Source of the DNA: Sedimentisphaerales bacterium
GTDB taxonomy: Bacteria; Planctomycetota; Phycisphaerae; Sedimentisphaerales; SM23-30
Length of the DNA: 64,000 nucleotides
Direction: 5' to 3' (one strand)
Assembly (NCBI GenBank): GCA_963666285.1
Contig: OY762711.1
Shown here: piece by piece, positions 27,820-37,145 of the stretch
Layout of the letters: each line of letters opens with the position of its first letter
How positions within the stretch are numbered: the stretch's first letter is position 1
Notes under the pieces: generated by a model
Databases searched by the model: none
The model's input: the letters and a program-made list of their open reading frames with translations, nothing else
What the model was told of the DNA's origin: nothing
Program-made: the position numbers and the translations under genes

Positions 27820-29252
27820 GCAGAAATTCATATAAAATTGAAAAATTTACACAAGGCCCGCATTCGACCGTTAAGCGTCTGAACCAGGTTATAGACACAG
27901 TAAATACGCTATCCAGCCGTAAAACAAGTGTTATCAATGGTAAAGTGCTTAAAGATGATATGGTCTTTGGTATTATAAATAGTACCGAGGTAGATGATGA
28001 GGGTTATTTCAGGGGTACATTATTTAATCGTGAAAATGAAGAAGTACCGGAAACAAATCCTTATTATGATATACTGATAAAGTGTCAGATAGCCGAATAC
28101 CCAAATGTATTAAAGAACAACTACTTTACTGCTATCAGGAATAAAATACAAGATGAATGGTATTGTACTGGTATCTATGTAGGTGATGCCAGTTCGTTAA
28201 GTTCATTCCTTAGCTCTGAAACTGAAAGCAGCTCGAAACATTCGAGCGATAGTTCAGAGTCAACAAGTGGCAGTTCTGACGGCACAACAGCAAGTTCATC
28301 ATATAGTTTTTCCAGTGAATCAAAATCTATAAGCAGCAGTTCATCATTATCAAGCTTTAGTTCTTATGATAGTTCTGGCAGTTCCGGTACATCTGCAAAA
28401 AGTTCTCATAGTTCAGGGCATAGTTCAAGTTCAGTGGATAGTTCTGGTAGTTCAGATGGCAGTTCGGGCAGTTCTGACCATACTTCCGGTAGCTCATACG
28501 AAAGTACAGGCAGTTCAGATTTAACATCGGGTAGTTCAGACGAAAGTTCCGGCAGTTCGGATAACACTTCTGGTAGTTCAGGTAGTAGCTCAGGTAGTTC
28601 TGACTATACGTCGGGTAGTTCAAGTGTAAGTTCTGGTAGTTCTGACCATACATCAAATAGTTCTGATAGAAGTAGTGGCAGTTCAGATCATACATCAGAA
28701 TCACGTAAAAGCTCAAGCAGTCGTGATTTCAGTACGCCACCGCCTTTGTCTAGTTATAGTTCCTGGGATAGTTCCGGCAGTTCTGAAGATGAATCTTCCT
28801 CTAGTTCCGGTGATTCATCAGATAGTTCAGCTTCAAGTTCTGGCAGTTCTGCTAGTTCAAGTGGCAGTTCCAGTAAAAAGTCAAGCTCTAGTTCTGGGGG
28901 GAGTTCCAGTTCAAGTTCTGACAATTCCTCAAGTAGTTCAGAGGGTAGTTCCAGCGAATCATCTTCAAGCGATTTGCCGATAGAAGTTGGCGGCGATTGC
29001 TGTTTATGTAGTATGTTAAGTGGCAAAGATGTTACTGTTGGTTGGGGAGGTGGTACTGGCGGTTATTCCGGTGGTAGTTGTGCTTCTAATATAGCTATAG
29101 ATTGTGGTGGTATTAGTGGAGCTGGTACATATACAGTTTTATGTCCAGGCAATAAAAAGGTAACTGTGTCCGTTGGCGGCGGTGAATATTGTGCAAGTTG
29201 TTGTAACGCATATTTTGCCGATGCTGTAATTGATAGTATAGAGTATTTATAA
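27816..29252 (+). CDS. Putative tail protein with ~260-aa Ser-rich tract and Cys/Gly-rich C-terminus
   Basis: Translation; overlaps the upstream tail gene. Confidence 0.8.
   Translation: MSRNSYKIEKFTQGPHSTVKRLNQVIDTVNTLSSRKTSVINGKVLKDDMVFGIINSTEVDDEGYFRGTLFNRENEEVPETNPYYDILIKCQIAEYPNVLKNNYFTAIRNKIQDEWYCTGIYVGDASSLSSFLSSETESSSKHSSDSSESTSGSSDGTTASSSYSFSSESKSISSSSSLSSFSSYDSSGSSGTSAKSSHSSGHSSSSVDSSGSSDGSSGSSDHTSGSSYESTGSSDLTSGSSDESSGSSDNTSGSSGSSSGSSDYTSGSSSVSSGSSDHTSNSSDRSSGSSDHTSESRKSSSSRDFSTPPPLSSYSSWDSSGSSEDESSSSSGDSSDSSASSSGSSASSSGSSSKKSSSSSGGSSSSSSDNSSSSSEGSSSESSSSDLPIEVGGDCCLCSMLSGKDVTVGWGGGTGGYSGGSCASNIAIDCGGISGAGTYTVLCPGNKKVTVSVGGGEYCASCCNAYFADAVIDSIEYL
28191..28970 (+). repeat. Ser-rich coding repeat, core heptad x(S/T)SGSSD (21-bp period)
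   Basis: About 12 consecutive heptads from ~28438; recurring GGYAGTTC DNA motif. Confidence 0.92.
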
Positions 29253-29253
29253 T

Positions 29254-30372
29254 ATGGTTGTAGTATTAGAAAAAAATAATCTTGTACATGAATATCCAGA
29301 ATGTTTCCATAGGGTAGGTAATATTTGCCTGTATGGTTCCAGGCGGACAGGTAGAGCATGTAGGGTAAATGAGGTATTTTGTAAATTCTTATGTGCTGCT
29401 AAAGGCGGCCCATGTAATAAAGAATGTAACGGCAATGAGCCAAAAGCCGTATTTAAAAAGATGTTTGGTAAATCGATGCCTTTTCTTAATTCATTATTTA
29501 TAGAAAAGATACTCAAGAAATATTTTGGTACATTTGAAATCAAAGTGCCGGGAATGTGGGAACTAATAAAAAAAAGCTTCCAGCCGGTATTAGATGAGTT
29601 TGACGACTGTTTAGGCGGTGTGCTTATAACAGGCTCTTTAATGGTTGTTGGTGCACCATTGAAAGACATAGATATTTTACTTGAGGTTAAGGATGAAAAG
29701 CTATTTGGTCAGAAGTATGACGAGATAATATCAAAGGTTCCCAAAACAGTTAATAATATTACGGTGGATTGCTTTTTCTGTTTTGATAAGCATAAGAACT
29801 TTTTTATGTTGATGAACCCTGATAAGCGAGAGGTTTATACAAGTGAGTTTTTTGAACCATCAATTGTTAACGGTAAAGAGTTTAATATTGTATCTTCTGA
29901 TAATCCGTACTATTCAGATGGCTTTGTTGCTATGGTAGAATTTTTGTATGAATATAATGCTGATACTAAATTCATTATCGATGAAATTGAACGTATAAAA
30001 AAGGTATATGGTGAGGAAGTCGTTAATCATATATTGGCTTTACAAGCTAAGTATAGAGACAGTATCGAAGCTTTACAGAAATGCTATACCTGCCAGTATT
30101 ATAGAAATAAATGCAATAATTGTTCCCCATATTGTTTATGGTTAACCAGGCAAAAAAATCTAATTGAATGGCTGAAAAATGGGAATGCCTGTCCATTAGA
30201 TAATAATGCTGCATTGCAATCTGATGATAGCAGCTTTTGCCGTAAAAAGAGTATGTGTACTAATTGCAAGTATTATATTGAAAGTAGTGATATGTGCCTG
30301 TATTTAACCAGGGCAACAAATCTAAACAACTGGATCAAGCAGGATAACGCTTGCCCGCTTAATAAATTCTAA
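29254..30372 (+). CDS. Cys-rich protein with central nucleotidyltransferase-like motif
   Basis: LITGSL...KDIDILL...VD; duplicated C-terminal CxxCxYY...CLxLTR..NL..W.K...ACPL. Confidence 0.6.
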   Translation: MVVVLEKNNLVHEYPECFHRVGNICLYGSRRTGRACRVNEVFCKFLCAAKGGPCNKECNGNEPKAVFKKMFGKSMPFLNSLFIEKILKKYFGTFEIKVPGMWELIKKSFQPVLDEFDDCLGGVLITGSLMVVGAPLKDIDILLEVKDEKLFGQKYDEIISKVPKTVNNITVDCFFCFDKHKNFFMLMNPDKREVYTSEFFEPSIVNGKEFNIVSSDNPYYSDGFVAMVEFLYEYNADTKFIIDEIERIKKVYGEEVVNHILALQAKYRDSIEALQKCYTCQYYRNKCNNCSPYCLWLTRQKNLIEWLKNGNACPLDNNAALQSDDSSFCRKKSMCTNCKYYIESSDMCLYLTRATNLNNWIKQDNACPLNKF

Positions 30373-30382
30373 AAGGTGCTGT

Positions 30383-30592
30383 ATGTGTGATAAGTGTGTA
30401 CAAGAAAAAAGGGTAACAAATATTGAACATGACCTATACGGCAACGGTCGGCCAGGTCTGAAACAAGATGTTACCCAAATTAAAAATGATTTAATGTGGT
30501 TGAAGCGGATAGGCGGCTGGATCGCCGGTATGCTTGCGGTTATTATAGCCGGGCTGATACTTGCAGGGGTGCAGTATTTGACTAAGCTTTAG
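30383..30592 (+). CDS. Small membrane protein, holin/XhlA-like
   Basis: Coiled coil, LYGNGRPGL, one C-terminal TM helix. Confidence 0.6.
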   Translation: MCDKCVQEKRVTNIEHDLYGNGRPGLKQDVTQIKNDLMWLKRIGGWIAGMLAVIIAGLILAGVQYLTKL

Positions 30593-31853
30593 GAGAGGTG
30601 TTTTCAGGCTTTTGGAATTGAAAATTTATATCACCATTGATTTCGTTTGGCAAGTTATCTACTTTTATACTATATCTACATTTGAAGGGTTTGATGGATT
30701 CATAATTGTTGAAAATTAAAAAAATTTCATTTATACACCCTATAGTGTTATGTTTAATTGATGAAAAATGGTCACAAACATCATAACTGTTTGTTTTTTT
30801 AAGTGAAAATGAAGAAAATGTTGACAATTTGGGTTCGGTCATTAGTGCGAGATTGGCTATGCCTAACTGCGTTGACTGAAACAAGTTTTCAGTTGCACTT
30901 AAAGGCTTAGAAGGTAAAGTTGGTTCTATTGGAGCTTGGGGACAGTCATCTTCTTCATATAACTCGAATCCATCTGGAAAATGTAACTCGATATCAACGT
31001 TACATGCAGGAGTGTTACCTTTATTGGCAATTCCTATTATAAATCTAAATTTTGGTTTATTTTGATACTTCTGAAGCTCTACTAAATACTTTTCATACTC
31101 TGTAATGTAGTTATCTAGTTTCTTGTGGTATGCTGAAATTCTTTCTTTTGAAATTGGTAAAACCATATCTAAAAATGATTCTGAAGGCTGAGTGGACATG
31201 TAATGTTCTTTGGTATATGTTTTTAGGTTAAGTATCATTTCTTCAATTTCGTTATCAGACAAAACTTCATAGTCTATAGGAAATATAGGATTAGCTGTAA
31301 CGTTGTTTTCGGCATAAATAATACCAATTTCAAGTTTGGGGTGAGCGTTTTTCAATTGATCAATCTCACGTTTTAAGCGGCGATTTTCTTCTTCAATTGG
31401 GTGGATGATTGAAGGTAGCATCAGTGATTCATCAATTTCCTCCGCTATAATGCCGAGGTGTTTGGCAGTAAGTAGCATGTTTGTATCGTTAGTTATAAGA
31501 ACTTTATCCTCTATTGCCTTTGGATATTCAATAATATTTGCAAGTAAGATATCATCATTAGAGGTTTTATCTAAACCATGCTCTTCTGGGTTTGGGGTAT
31601 GTATAACAAATTCAAAACCTAATTTGTCAGATACTGTTTTTGTTTCACTCCAACTTGCAATAGAATTGCATATAGAACGCGCTCTTTTTTGAATTGCGTT
31701 TGATTTATGCGAATCTTTATGCTTGTTAAGTTCACCTAGCGTTACTCGTGGAACTACAAGTACGCAATCCTTATCAAACCGATTAAGGTTAAGTTCAACA
31801 ATTGGTTTGTAATGGAGATATACCATTGTGTCTAAAAAAATGTATTTAGGCAT
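30582..31853 (-). CDS. PIN-domain nuclease with C-terminal extension
   Basis: IFLDTMVYLH, V..ELNKHK, NDDILLA, LITNDTNM..TAK. Confidence 0.88.
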   Translation of the reverse strand: MPKYIFLDTMVYLHYKPIVELNLNRFDKDCVLVVPRVTLGELNKHKDSHKSNAIQKRARSICNSIASWSETKTVSDKLGFEFVIHTPNPEEHGLDKTSNDDILLANIIEYPKAIEDKVLITNDTNMLLTAKHLGIIAEEIDESLMLPSIIHPIEEENRRLKREIDQLKNAHPKLEIGIIYAENNVTANPIFPIDYEVLSDNEIEEMILNLKTYTKEHYMSTQPSESFLDMVLPISKERISAYHKKLDNYITEYEKYLVELQKYQNKPKFRFIIGIANKGNTPACNVDIELHFPDGFELYEEDDCPQAPIEPTLPSKPLSATENLFQSTQLGIANLALMTEPKLSTFSSFSLKKTNSYDVCDHFSSIKHNTIGCINEIFLIFNNYESIKPFKCRYSIKVDNLPNEINGDINFQFQKPENTSPKA

Positions 31854-32457
31854 TTGATGTTCCTTGCGTAAGTGTAGAAAAAATATCCTTTATATAGCTA
31901 TTGATAGGTTGGTAAGATACGATTGTAATAAGGCTAGCAACTAATCCTATAAGCCAGAAAATAAATTGCAGGAATTTAAGAAACTTTGATTCTTCAATTG
32001 CTTTCTGTTCCATGCCTATTTTTTCGGCAGCATAAACAGGAATTAATGAAATTGCATTAAGTAACATTGCAATGTAGAGAAAAGGATTTATTGAGCGTAA
32101 TAACGAGGGGAATATATTATATTTGTACACTCCAATAGCCCTATCGATATAGCTTACTATTGTGCTAGGCGGTACGTCTCTGGGGTTGATTAAATCAAAA
32201 TTTCTAATCACATTAACCGTTGTTGTCCCTTCATCATTAGTAATATGTATTGCGGTATTTATATCTGATGAACCGAGCATGAGTTCGGTTATATGTGACC
32301 TTTGATTAAATTTTATTTCATATTCATGTCTTTCATTACCAGTCCTTGAGTGAAAATAATTATTCAGTATTGTCTTAGATTTTGACAAATACATAAGCCT
32401 ATGAATATTATTTATAATCATTATTTTTTTATAATGTCTCAAAACATAAACTCCCAT
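31846..32457 (-). CDS. Membrane protein (2 C-terminal TM segments)
   Basis: Hydrophobic helices; overlaps the PIN gene start. Confidence 0.7.
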   Translation of the reverse strand: MGVYVLRHYKKIMIINNIHRLMYLSKSKTILNNYFHSRTGNERHEYEIKFNQRSHITELMLGSSDINTAIHITNDEGTTTVNVIRNFDLINPRDVPPSTIVSYIDRAIGVYKYNIFPSLLRSINPFLYIAMLLNAISLIPVYAAEKIGMEQKAIEESKFLKFLQFIFWLIGLVASLITIVSYQPINSYIKDIFSTLTQGTSNA

Positions 32458-32572
32458 GTTATAAATTACAAAAATGATATGAAAATATTTTAAGCAGAAA
32501 CACTTTTATTTCCAATTAAATAATAGAGAGCCGGTTTTAGGTGATGTATTAAAGGCAAAATAAGCTAAAAGG

Positions 32573-32593
32573 TGTGGTTGTTTTGTGGTTGTT
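32573..32593. repeat. Direct repeat TGTGGTTGTT x2 (candidate integrase arm sites)
   Basis: Copies at 32573 and 32584, ~115 bp left of the att core. Confidence 0.5.
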
Positions 32594-32705
32594 GTTATAG
32601 CGTAATTTAGTATATTATCGCATACTAGTAAAAAAGCAAAATCTGTATAAGTAGTTTGTTTGTAATATGTTATACGATATGGCTAAAGGCGTAAGATAAC
32701 GATTC

Positions 32706-32753
32706 TTTGGCCTACGAAACCAAAGGTTACAGGTTCGACTCCTGTCGGGCGTA
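32706..32753 (+). pseudogene. 3' half of tRNA-Arg(ACG), probable att core
   Basis: Anticodon loop CTACGAA, T-arm ACAGG-TTCGACT-CCTGT, acceptor 3' strand CGGGCGT; no matching 5' strand or D-arm upstream. Confidence 0.88.
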
Positions 32754-32803
32754 TTTGTAAACACTTGTAAAATAGAAACTTATAAAACTGAAAACTATAG
32801 AAC

Positions 32804-32832
32804 TCTGTAAAGGATTCTGTAAAATCTGTAAA
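32804..32832. repeat. Direct repeat TCTGTAAA x3 (candidate arm sites)
   Basis: Copies at 32804, 32816, 32825, right of the att core. Confidence 0.5.
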
Positions 32833-33170
32833 GATTAAAATGGTTATAAGTTATTATTTTATAAGTGTTTATTCTTTTTTTAATGGTCTTATATGGATTT
32901 TTAATTGAGTAGTTCATAAATATTTTCAAAAAAATATCTAAAGATTATGAATAATTCTTCTAATTCCTCATTTAATAGATTGACTTTAAGTATTTGATTT
33001 TGGTACCATAGATAATGAAAATATGGGACTTGAATATAGGGAAAAAGTTCTAAATCATTTCCTTCTATTCACCTTTATTTAATGACTGCCTTATGTTATG
33101 TATAGGCTGTTCACTGGGAACAGTTTTGAGGATAAAAGTTGCTAAGTGATACGAAAGGAAGAATGGTATA

Positions 33171-36140
33171 ATGAGGAATGTTTTCACAAGGTATTTTCTG
33201 GGAATAGTTACTTTAATGTTAGTTACATCAGGGGTAATGGCGGACCTGCCGATTCAGACATTATCAATTGAATTAAGTAATTCGGTCCCTCTTGATTTTG
33301 ACCCTGATAATTATAATTTCTTAGTTTATGATTGTGGGGCAAAAGATAATAGTGGGCAATATAATGATATCGTAGCTGCAATGATAGAGCTGTTTGATTA
33401 TTATCCTGATGTAGATTACACATATAGAAATGCTAGTACTGCTTCCATAACTCTCAATGATTTAGCATCTCATGATATATTGATTGTTGGTTGGAGCAAT
33501 AGTGGAGGCACAGGGGGATTATCAAAAACAGTTATTGAAACAGGTATAATGGGAAGAGTTGTTCTTAGCGGACACGATGCAGACTATCATACAGCAACAA
33601 AAGCTGGTTCGCATGATAGTGGAGATTTTCAACCTGCTGATATGTTTTTCTCACAAGCTATTGAATATGTATTAGGTGGAACAGGGACAGGCATGGTGGC
33701 TCTGGGCAATACTTCCGGCTTTACCTGGCTTCCCGATGAATGGAATATAGATTCTGAAGTAGTATCAGAAGGAGGAGAAACGGTATCAAATATAACAGAG
33801 TTTGGATATGAAAGCGGTGTATATGATGGGCTATACCATACAGATATGAGTAATTGGAGTCAGTCTTATCATAATTCATTTGATGTTGATACTCTTCCTG
33901 CTTATTTTTCCCCTTTTGAATTAAAATATTCGACAGGGACAGAAGTTGAATATGCAATTACCATTGCAGCAGATGTTAATCCTTATGAACTTATTGAATT
34001 AACTAAAGAAGATTTAATAATAGACCATAATCAAAATGGAACTTCTTGCTGTGACCCTAATGACGAAATTGAATATACTATATGTTGGGACAATATTACA
34101 AATAGAACTTTTGAAGATGTATGGATAGTTGATTATCTTCCTTATGGTGTTGATTATCCTGAAGGATTTTATCAGGAAACAGAAGACCCATTTAATCCAA
34201 TTCCTCCAGACCCTAATTATGATGAATATGCACATTCATATATATGGGAAATTGGAACAATTGACCCTAACAATACAGAAGGTTGTGTTTCAATTACTGT
34301 AAGAGTTAATGATTATGCTCCTGCTGGTATGTTTTTGAATAATGAAGCTTATATCTATAGCGGTGATACTCTAATAGGAATAGCTGAAGTAGATACTCCT
34401 GTTTGTTGTTGGCAAACAGAAGATGCAGACTTAATCTTTGTAGATAAGAATGCAGAAGGTTTTAATACAGGCATGTCATGGACCCACGCTTACAATGATT
34501 TGCAAGATGCACTAAAAAGAGCAAGTGAAGCTAATTGTTCACCTACAGGATATAAAATATATGTTGCAGAGGGAAGTTATAATCCTGGCAATTCTTCATC
34601 TTTAAGTTTTATATTACCATATCAAACTAAAATGTATGGTGGTTTCAAGTCTGGAGGGTGCGATTTTGCAGATAGGAATCCTGATAAATATAGAACAGTG
34701 TTGACTGGAAAAATTGAAGATATAAGAAAGAATGATTATGTAGTCACTATGGGAGATGAGTGTGTCTTGGATGGTTTTAGTGTAGAACATGCCCTTAAGG
34801 ACCTAATATTTGCTGATGGTGTTGATTTCAATCTAAAGAATTGCTTAATACAAAAAAGTGTTCAAAATGGAATTAATATTAAGAATGGAAATGTTGGTAT
34901 TGAATGGTGTAAGTCATATTCTAATGGTCATAGTGGAATATACATAGAAGAAGGTAGTGAAGCCGTAATACAAAATAGTTACACTAGTAATAACAATAGA
35001 CATGGTATAATCTCTTTGAGTTCTATAGTAACAATTAATAACTCAGTCATAACAGCAAATGGAGTGGATGGTGATAATTATTTTGGGGTAAGAATTATTG
35101 ACCCTAATGAACCACCTGTGTTATATAATAATACTATTGCATATAATTACAATGAAGGTCTTTCTTATGTTCAAACAGACCCTAATGCTTTGGACCCTGT
35201 TATAAATAGTAATATTATTTACTACAATAATGATGATGGTGTTCAGTTGTCAGGTGTTGAATATCCTGAACACTGCTGTATATATGACCCTGTCAATGAC
35301 CCTAATGGAGTTGATTATATTGATTATGATGGGTTTGGTAATTTCTCAGGAAAGCCAATGTTTGCTTATCCTGGGGACCCTAACAATATTCATCTTGCAT
35401 ATAACTCAGGATTAAAAGATAGGGGAGATGGGTATCTTTCAAGTGTTGAGATTGGCTCTGAAGATATAGATAATGAAACAAGGATAATTGATGATTGGGT
35501 TGATATTGGGGCAGATGAAATCTATTCTTGTGATAATGATTTATCTGAAGATGATATTTACAATGCTAGAGATTGGAATGCTGATGGTGTTGTAAACTTA
35601 CATGAGTTTGCAATGATGTCTGCGGCTTGGTTAACTAATAGCCCTAACACTCCTGCATATGTAGCAGACCCTAACAGTTTTGACCCTAATTTTGCAGACA
35701 ATTGGAATGAAACTTGTAATTTATATGTTGATTATAAAATTGACTTATCTGACTTCGATTTGTTTTTAGATGAGTGGTTATGGACCGCTTGTTGGAAAGA
35801 TAGTTATGATAGTAGGTTTGATAATCTTGTTGCTCCTTTGGGTGGTGAAACAATGATGATGGTCCCTATGTCCATGTCATTAGAAACAACATCGAGCCTA
35901 TCAACTGTTGAAGAGTATAGCATTGATGAAACTACAGAGAAAGAAAATATGGCTATGCTTGTTATAGGCATATATCAGATAATGGATATTTTGGATGAAG
36001 CTAAATATAATGCAGACTCAGACATATCAATTGAAAACATTGATGAGGAAAAAGCTAAATTAGAAGAAATTCTATGGGAAATGTATGATGATTATTATTC
36101 AATAGATGATAAAAAAACCAAGAAAGATAAATCTAAATAA
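33171..36140 (+). CDS. Large secreted protein: DUF11-like, right-handed beta-helix, dockerin/EF-hand-like motifs
   Basis: Signal peptide; LTKED...IEYTI..N...V.IVDYLP; IFVD..A.G.N.G.SW..AY.DLQDAL; DWNADGVVNLHEF..M..AWL; many DPN motifs. Confidence 0.82.
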   Translation: MRNVFTRYFLGIVTLMLVTSGVMADLPIQTLSIELSNSVPLDFDPDNYNFLVYDCGAKDNSGQYNDIVAAMIELFDYYPDVDYTYRNASTASITLNDLASHDILIVGWSNSGGTGGLSKTVIETGIMGRVVLSGHDADYHTATKAGSHDSGDFQPADMFFSQAIEYVLGGTGTGMVALGNTSGFTWLPDEWNIDSEVVSEGGETVSNITEFGYESGVYDGLYHTDMSNWSQSYHNSFDVDTLPAYFSPFELKYSTGTEVEYAITIAADVNPYELIELTKEDLIIDHNQNGTSCCDPNDEIEYTICWDNITNRTFEDVWIVDYLPYGVDYPEGFYQETEDPFNPIPPDPNYDEYAHSYIWEIGTIDPNNTEGCVSITVRVNDYAPAGMFLNNEAYIYSGDTLIGIAEVDTPVCCWQTEDADLIFVDKNAEGFNTGMSWTHAYNDLQDALKRASEANCSPTGYKIYVAEGSYNPGNSSSLSFILPYQTKMYGGFKSGGCDFADRNPDKYRTVLTGKIEDIRKNDYVVTMGDECVLDGFSVEHALKDLIFADGVDFNLKNCLIQKSVQNGINIKNGNVGIEWCKSYSNGHSGIYIEEGSEAVIQNSYTSNNNRHGIISLSSIVTINNSVITANGVDGDNYFGVRIIDPNEPPVLYNNTIAYNYNEGLSYVQTDPNALDPVINSNIIYYNNDDGVQLSGVEYPEHCCIYDPVNDPNGVDYIDYDGFGNFSGKPMFAYPGDPNNIHLAYNSGLKDRGDGYLSSVEIGSEDIDNETRIIDDWVDIGADEIYSCDNDLSEDDIYNARDWNADGVVNLHEFAMMSAAWLTNSPNTPAYVADPNSFDPNFADNWNETCNLYVDYKIDLSDFDLFLDEWLWTACWKDSYDSRFDNLVAPLGGETMMMVPMSMSLETTSSLSTVEEYSIDETTEKENMAMLVIGIYQIMDILDEAKYNADSDISIENIDEEKAKLEEILWEMYDDYYSIDDKKTKKDKSK

Positions 36141-36153
36141 GGAGAATTAAATT

Positions 36154-36753
36154 ATGAAAAAGATGATGTTATTTATGCTTTTATTGTTTGCTTATTCAGT
36201 AAATGCTATGGTTATTTCTGATACGTATGAGTATGGAGTTAGCTTATACAATAATGATTCACTTCTAGTGACTGGTGGTGGTGCTGATTCAATAAACGCT
36301 TATGACTATGCAACAATTAATATTGAAAATACATTACCTCTTCAAATTGACGTTGGAGGGATTGTAGATATTACCCTCAATTATAATAGCAAGTTAACTA
36401 TGGAAGGGGGAGAAGTAGAAATTATTGATTTATTTGAATATTCAACAGCCACTCTTTCAGGTGGTTCAATACATAAAATTTTTAGTTATCAAGATGCTTA
36501 TTCTCCTAATCAAGTTCATCAACCTCATATAGAAATTATATGCAGAGAATATGATGATTCTGTTGCTAATTTAATTACAGGCATATGGGATGTTGATAAT
36601 GATGGAAATGGTTTCTATGATACTTTTTCTATTGAATTGAAAAATCAATCAGGCTATGACCCTGTAATTGATAATATTAAGTTCACTATAGTCCCTGAAC
36701 CTTGTTCCTTAGTTCTACTAGGATTAGGTGGATTATTGATTAGAAGGAAGTAA
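36154..36753 (+). CDS. PEP-CTERM sorting domain protein
   Basis: Signal peptide and C-terminal VPEPCSLVLLGLGGLLIRRK. Confidence 0.95.
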   Translation: MKKMMLFMLLLFAYSVNAMVISDTYEYGVSLYNNDSLLVTGGGADSINAYDYATINIENTLPLQIDVGGIVDITLNYNSKLTMEGGEVEIIDLFEYSTATLSGGSIHKIFSYQDAYSPNQVHQPHIEIICREYDDSVANLITGIWDVDNDGNGFYDTFSIELKNQSGYDPVIDNIKFTIVPEPCSLVLLGLGGLLIRRK

Positions 36754-36775
36754 CTCAACTTCTATACATAAGGCT

Positions 36776-36816
36776 AAGGCTCTTGGTCCCTTGGGACTGG
36801 GAGCCTTACTTTTTTA
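36776..36816 (+). terminator. Intrinsic terminator
   Basis: AAGGCTCTTGGTCCC/GGGACTGGGAGCCTT hairpin then T-tract. Confidence 0.75.
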
Positions 36817-37145
36817 AGAAGGGAAAAGAATAATGATAAGATATGCTCCTGATAAAGAAATTGAACCTGTTATTTTTGAAATCAATATAGATGCTGAAAG
36901 ATTATCAAGGCTTCTATCTGTTATTTTAGAAGAATCTGAGCCTGAAGAGATATAGTCTTAATTCTTCCCTATTTCCTCTCTATGGGCTTCCCTTGGTCCT
37001 ATGTCTAATAAACCTACTCTCCCTAGTTCTCTCAGTGTGGGCTAAAATAAGCCATTTTTTACTGGGCACCGATTGTAAAGAGCGCTAAGATATGAACTTA
37101 TGTAAGATTTTTCATATTTATAACCTCTTTTTAGGAGATTTAGAC

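Larger units (their letters stand above)
1..32753 (+). mobile_element. Prophage 1 (HK97-like head, non-contractile tail); left end outside window
   Basis: Ordered Xis, ERF, SSB, helicase, primase, HNH, terS, terL, portal, S49 protease, capsid, connector and tail genes, ending at a tRNA 3' fragment. Confidence 0.95.

Noticed and set aside
28357..29026. NYxNY- and ELPLEL-repeat ORFs
   Set aside because: Alternate-frame readings of the Ser-rich repeat
27016..30372. Diversity-generating retroelement targeting tail genes
   Set aside because: No reverse transcriptase and no TR/VR pair seen in the window
32680..32760. Intact tRNA-Arg gene
   Set aside because: No 5' acceptor strand complementary to CGGGCGT and no D-arm; only the 3' half is present
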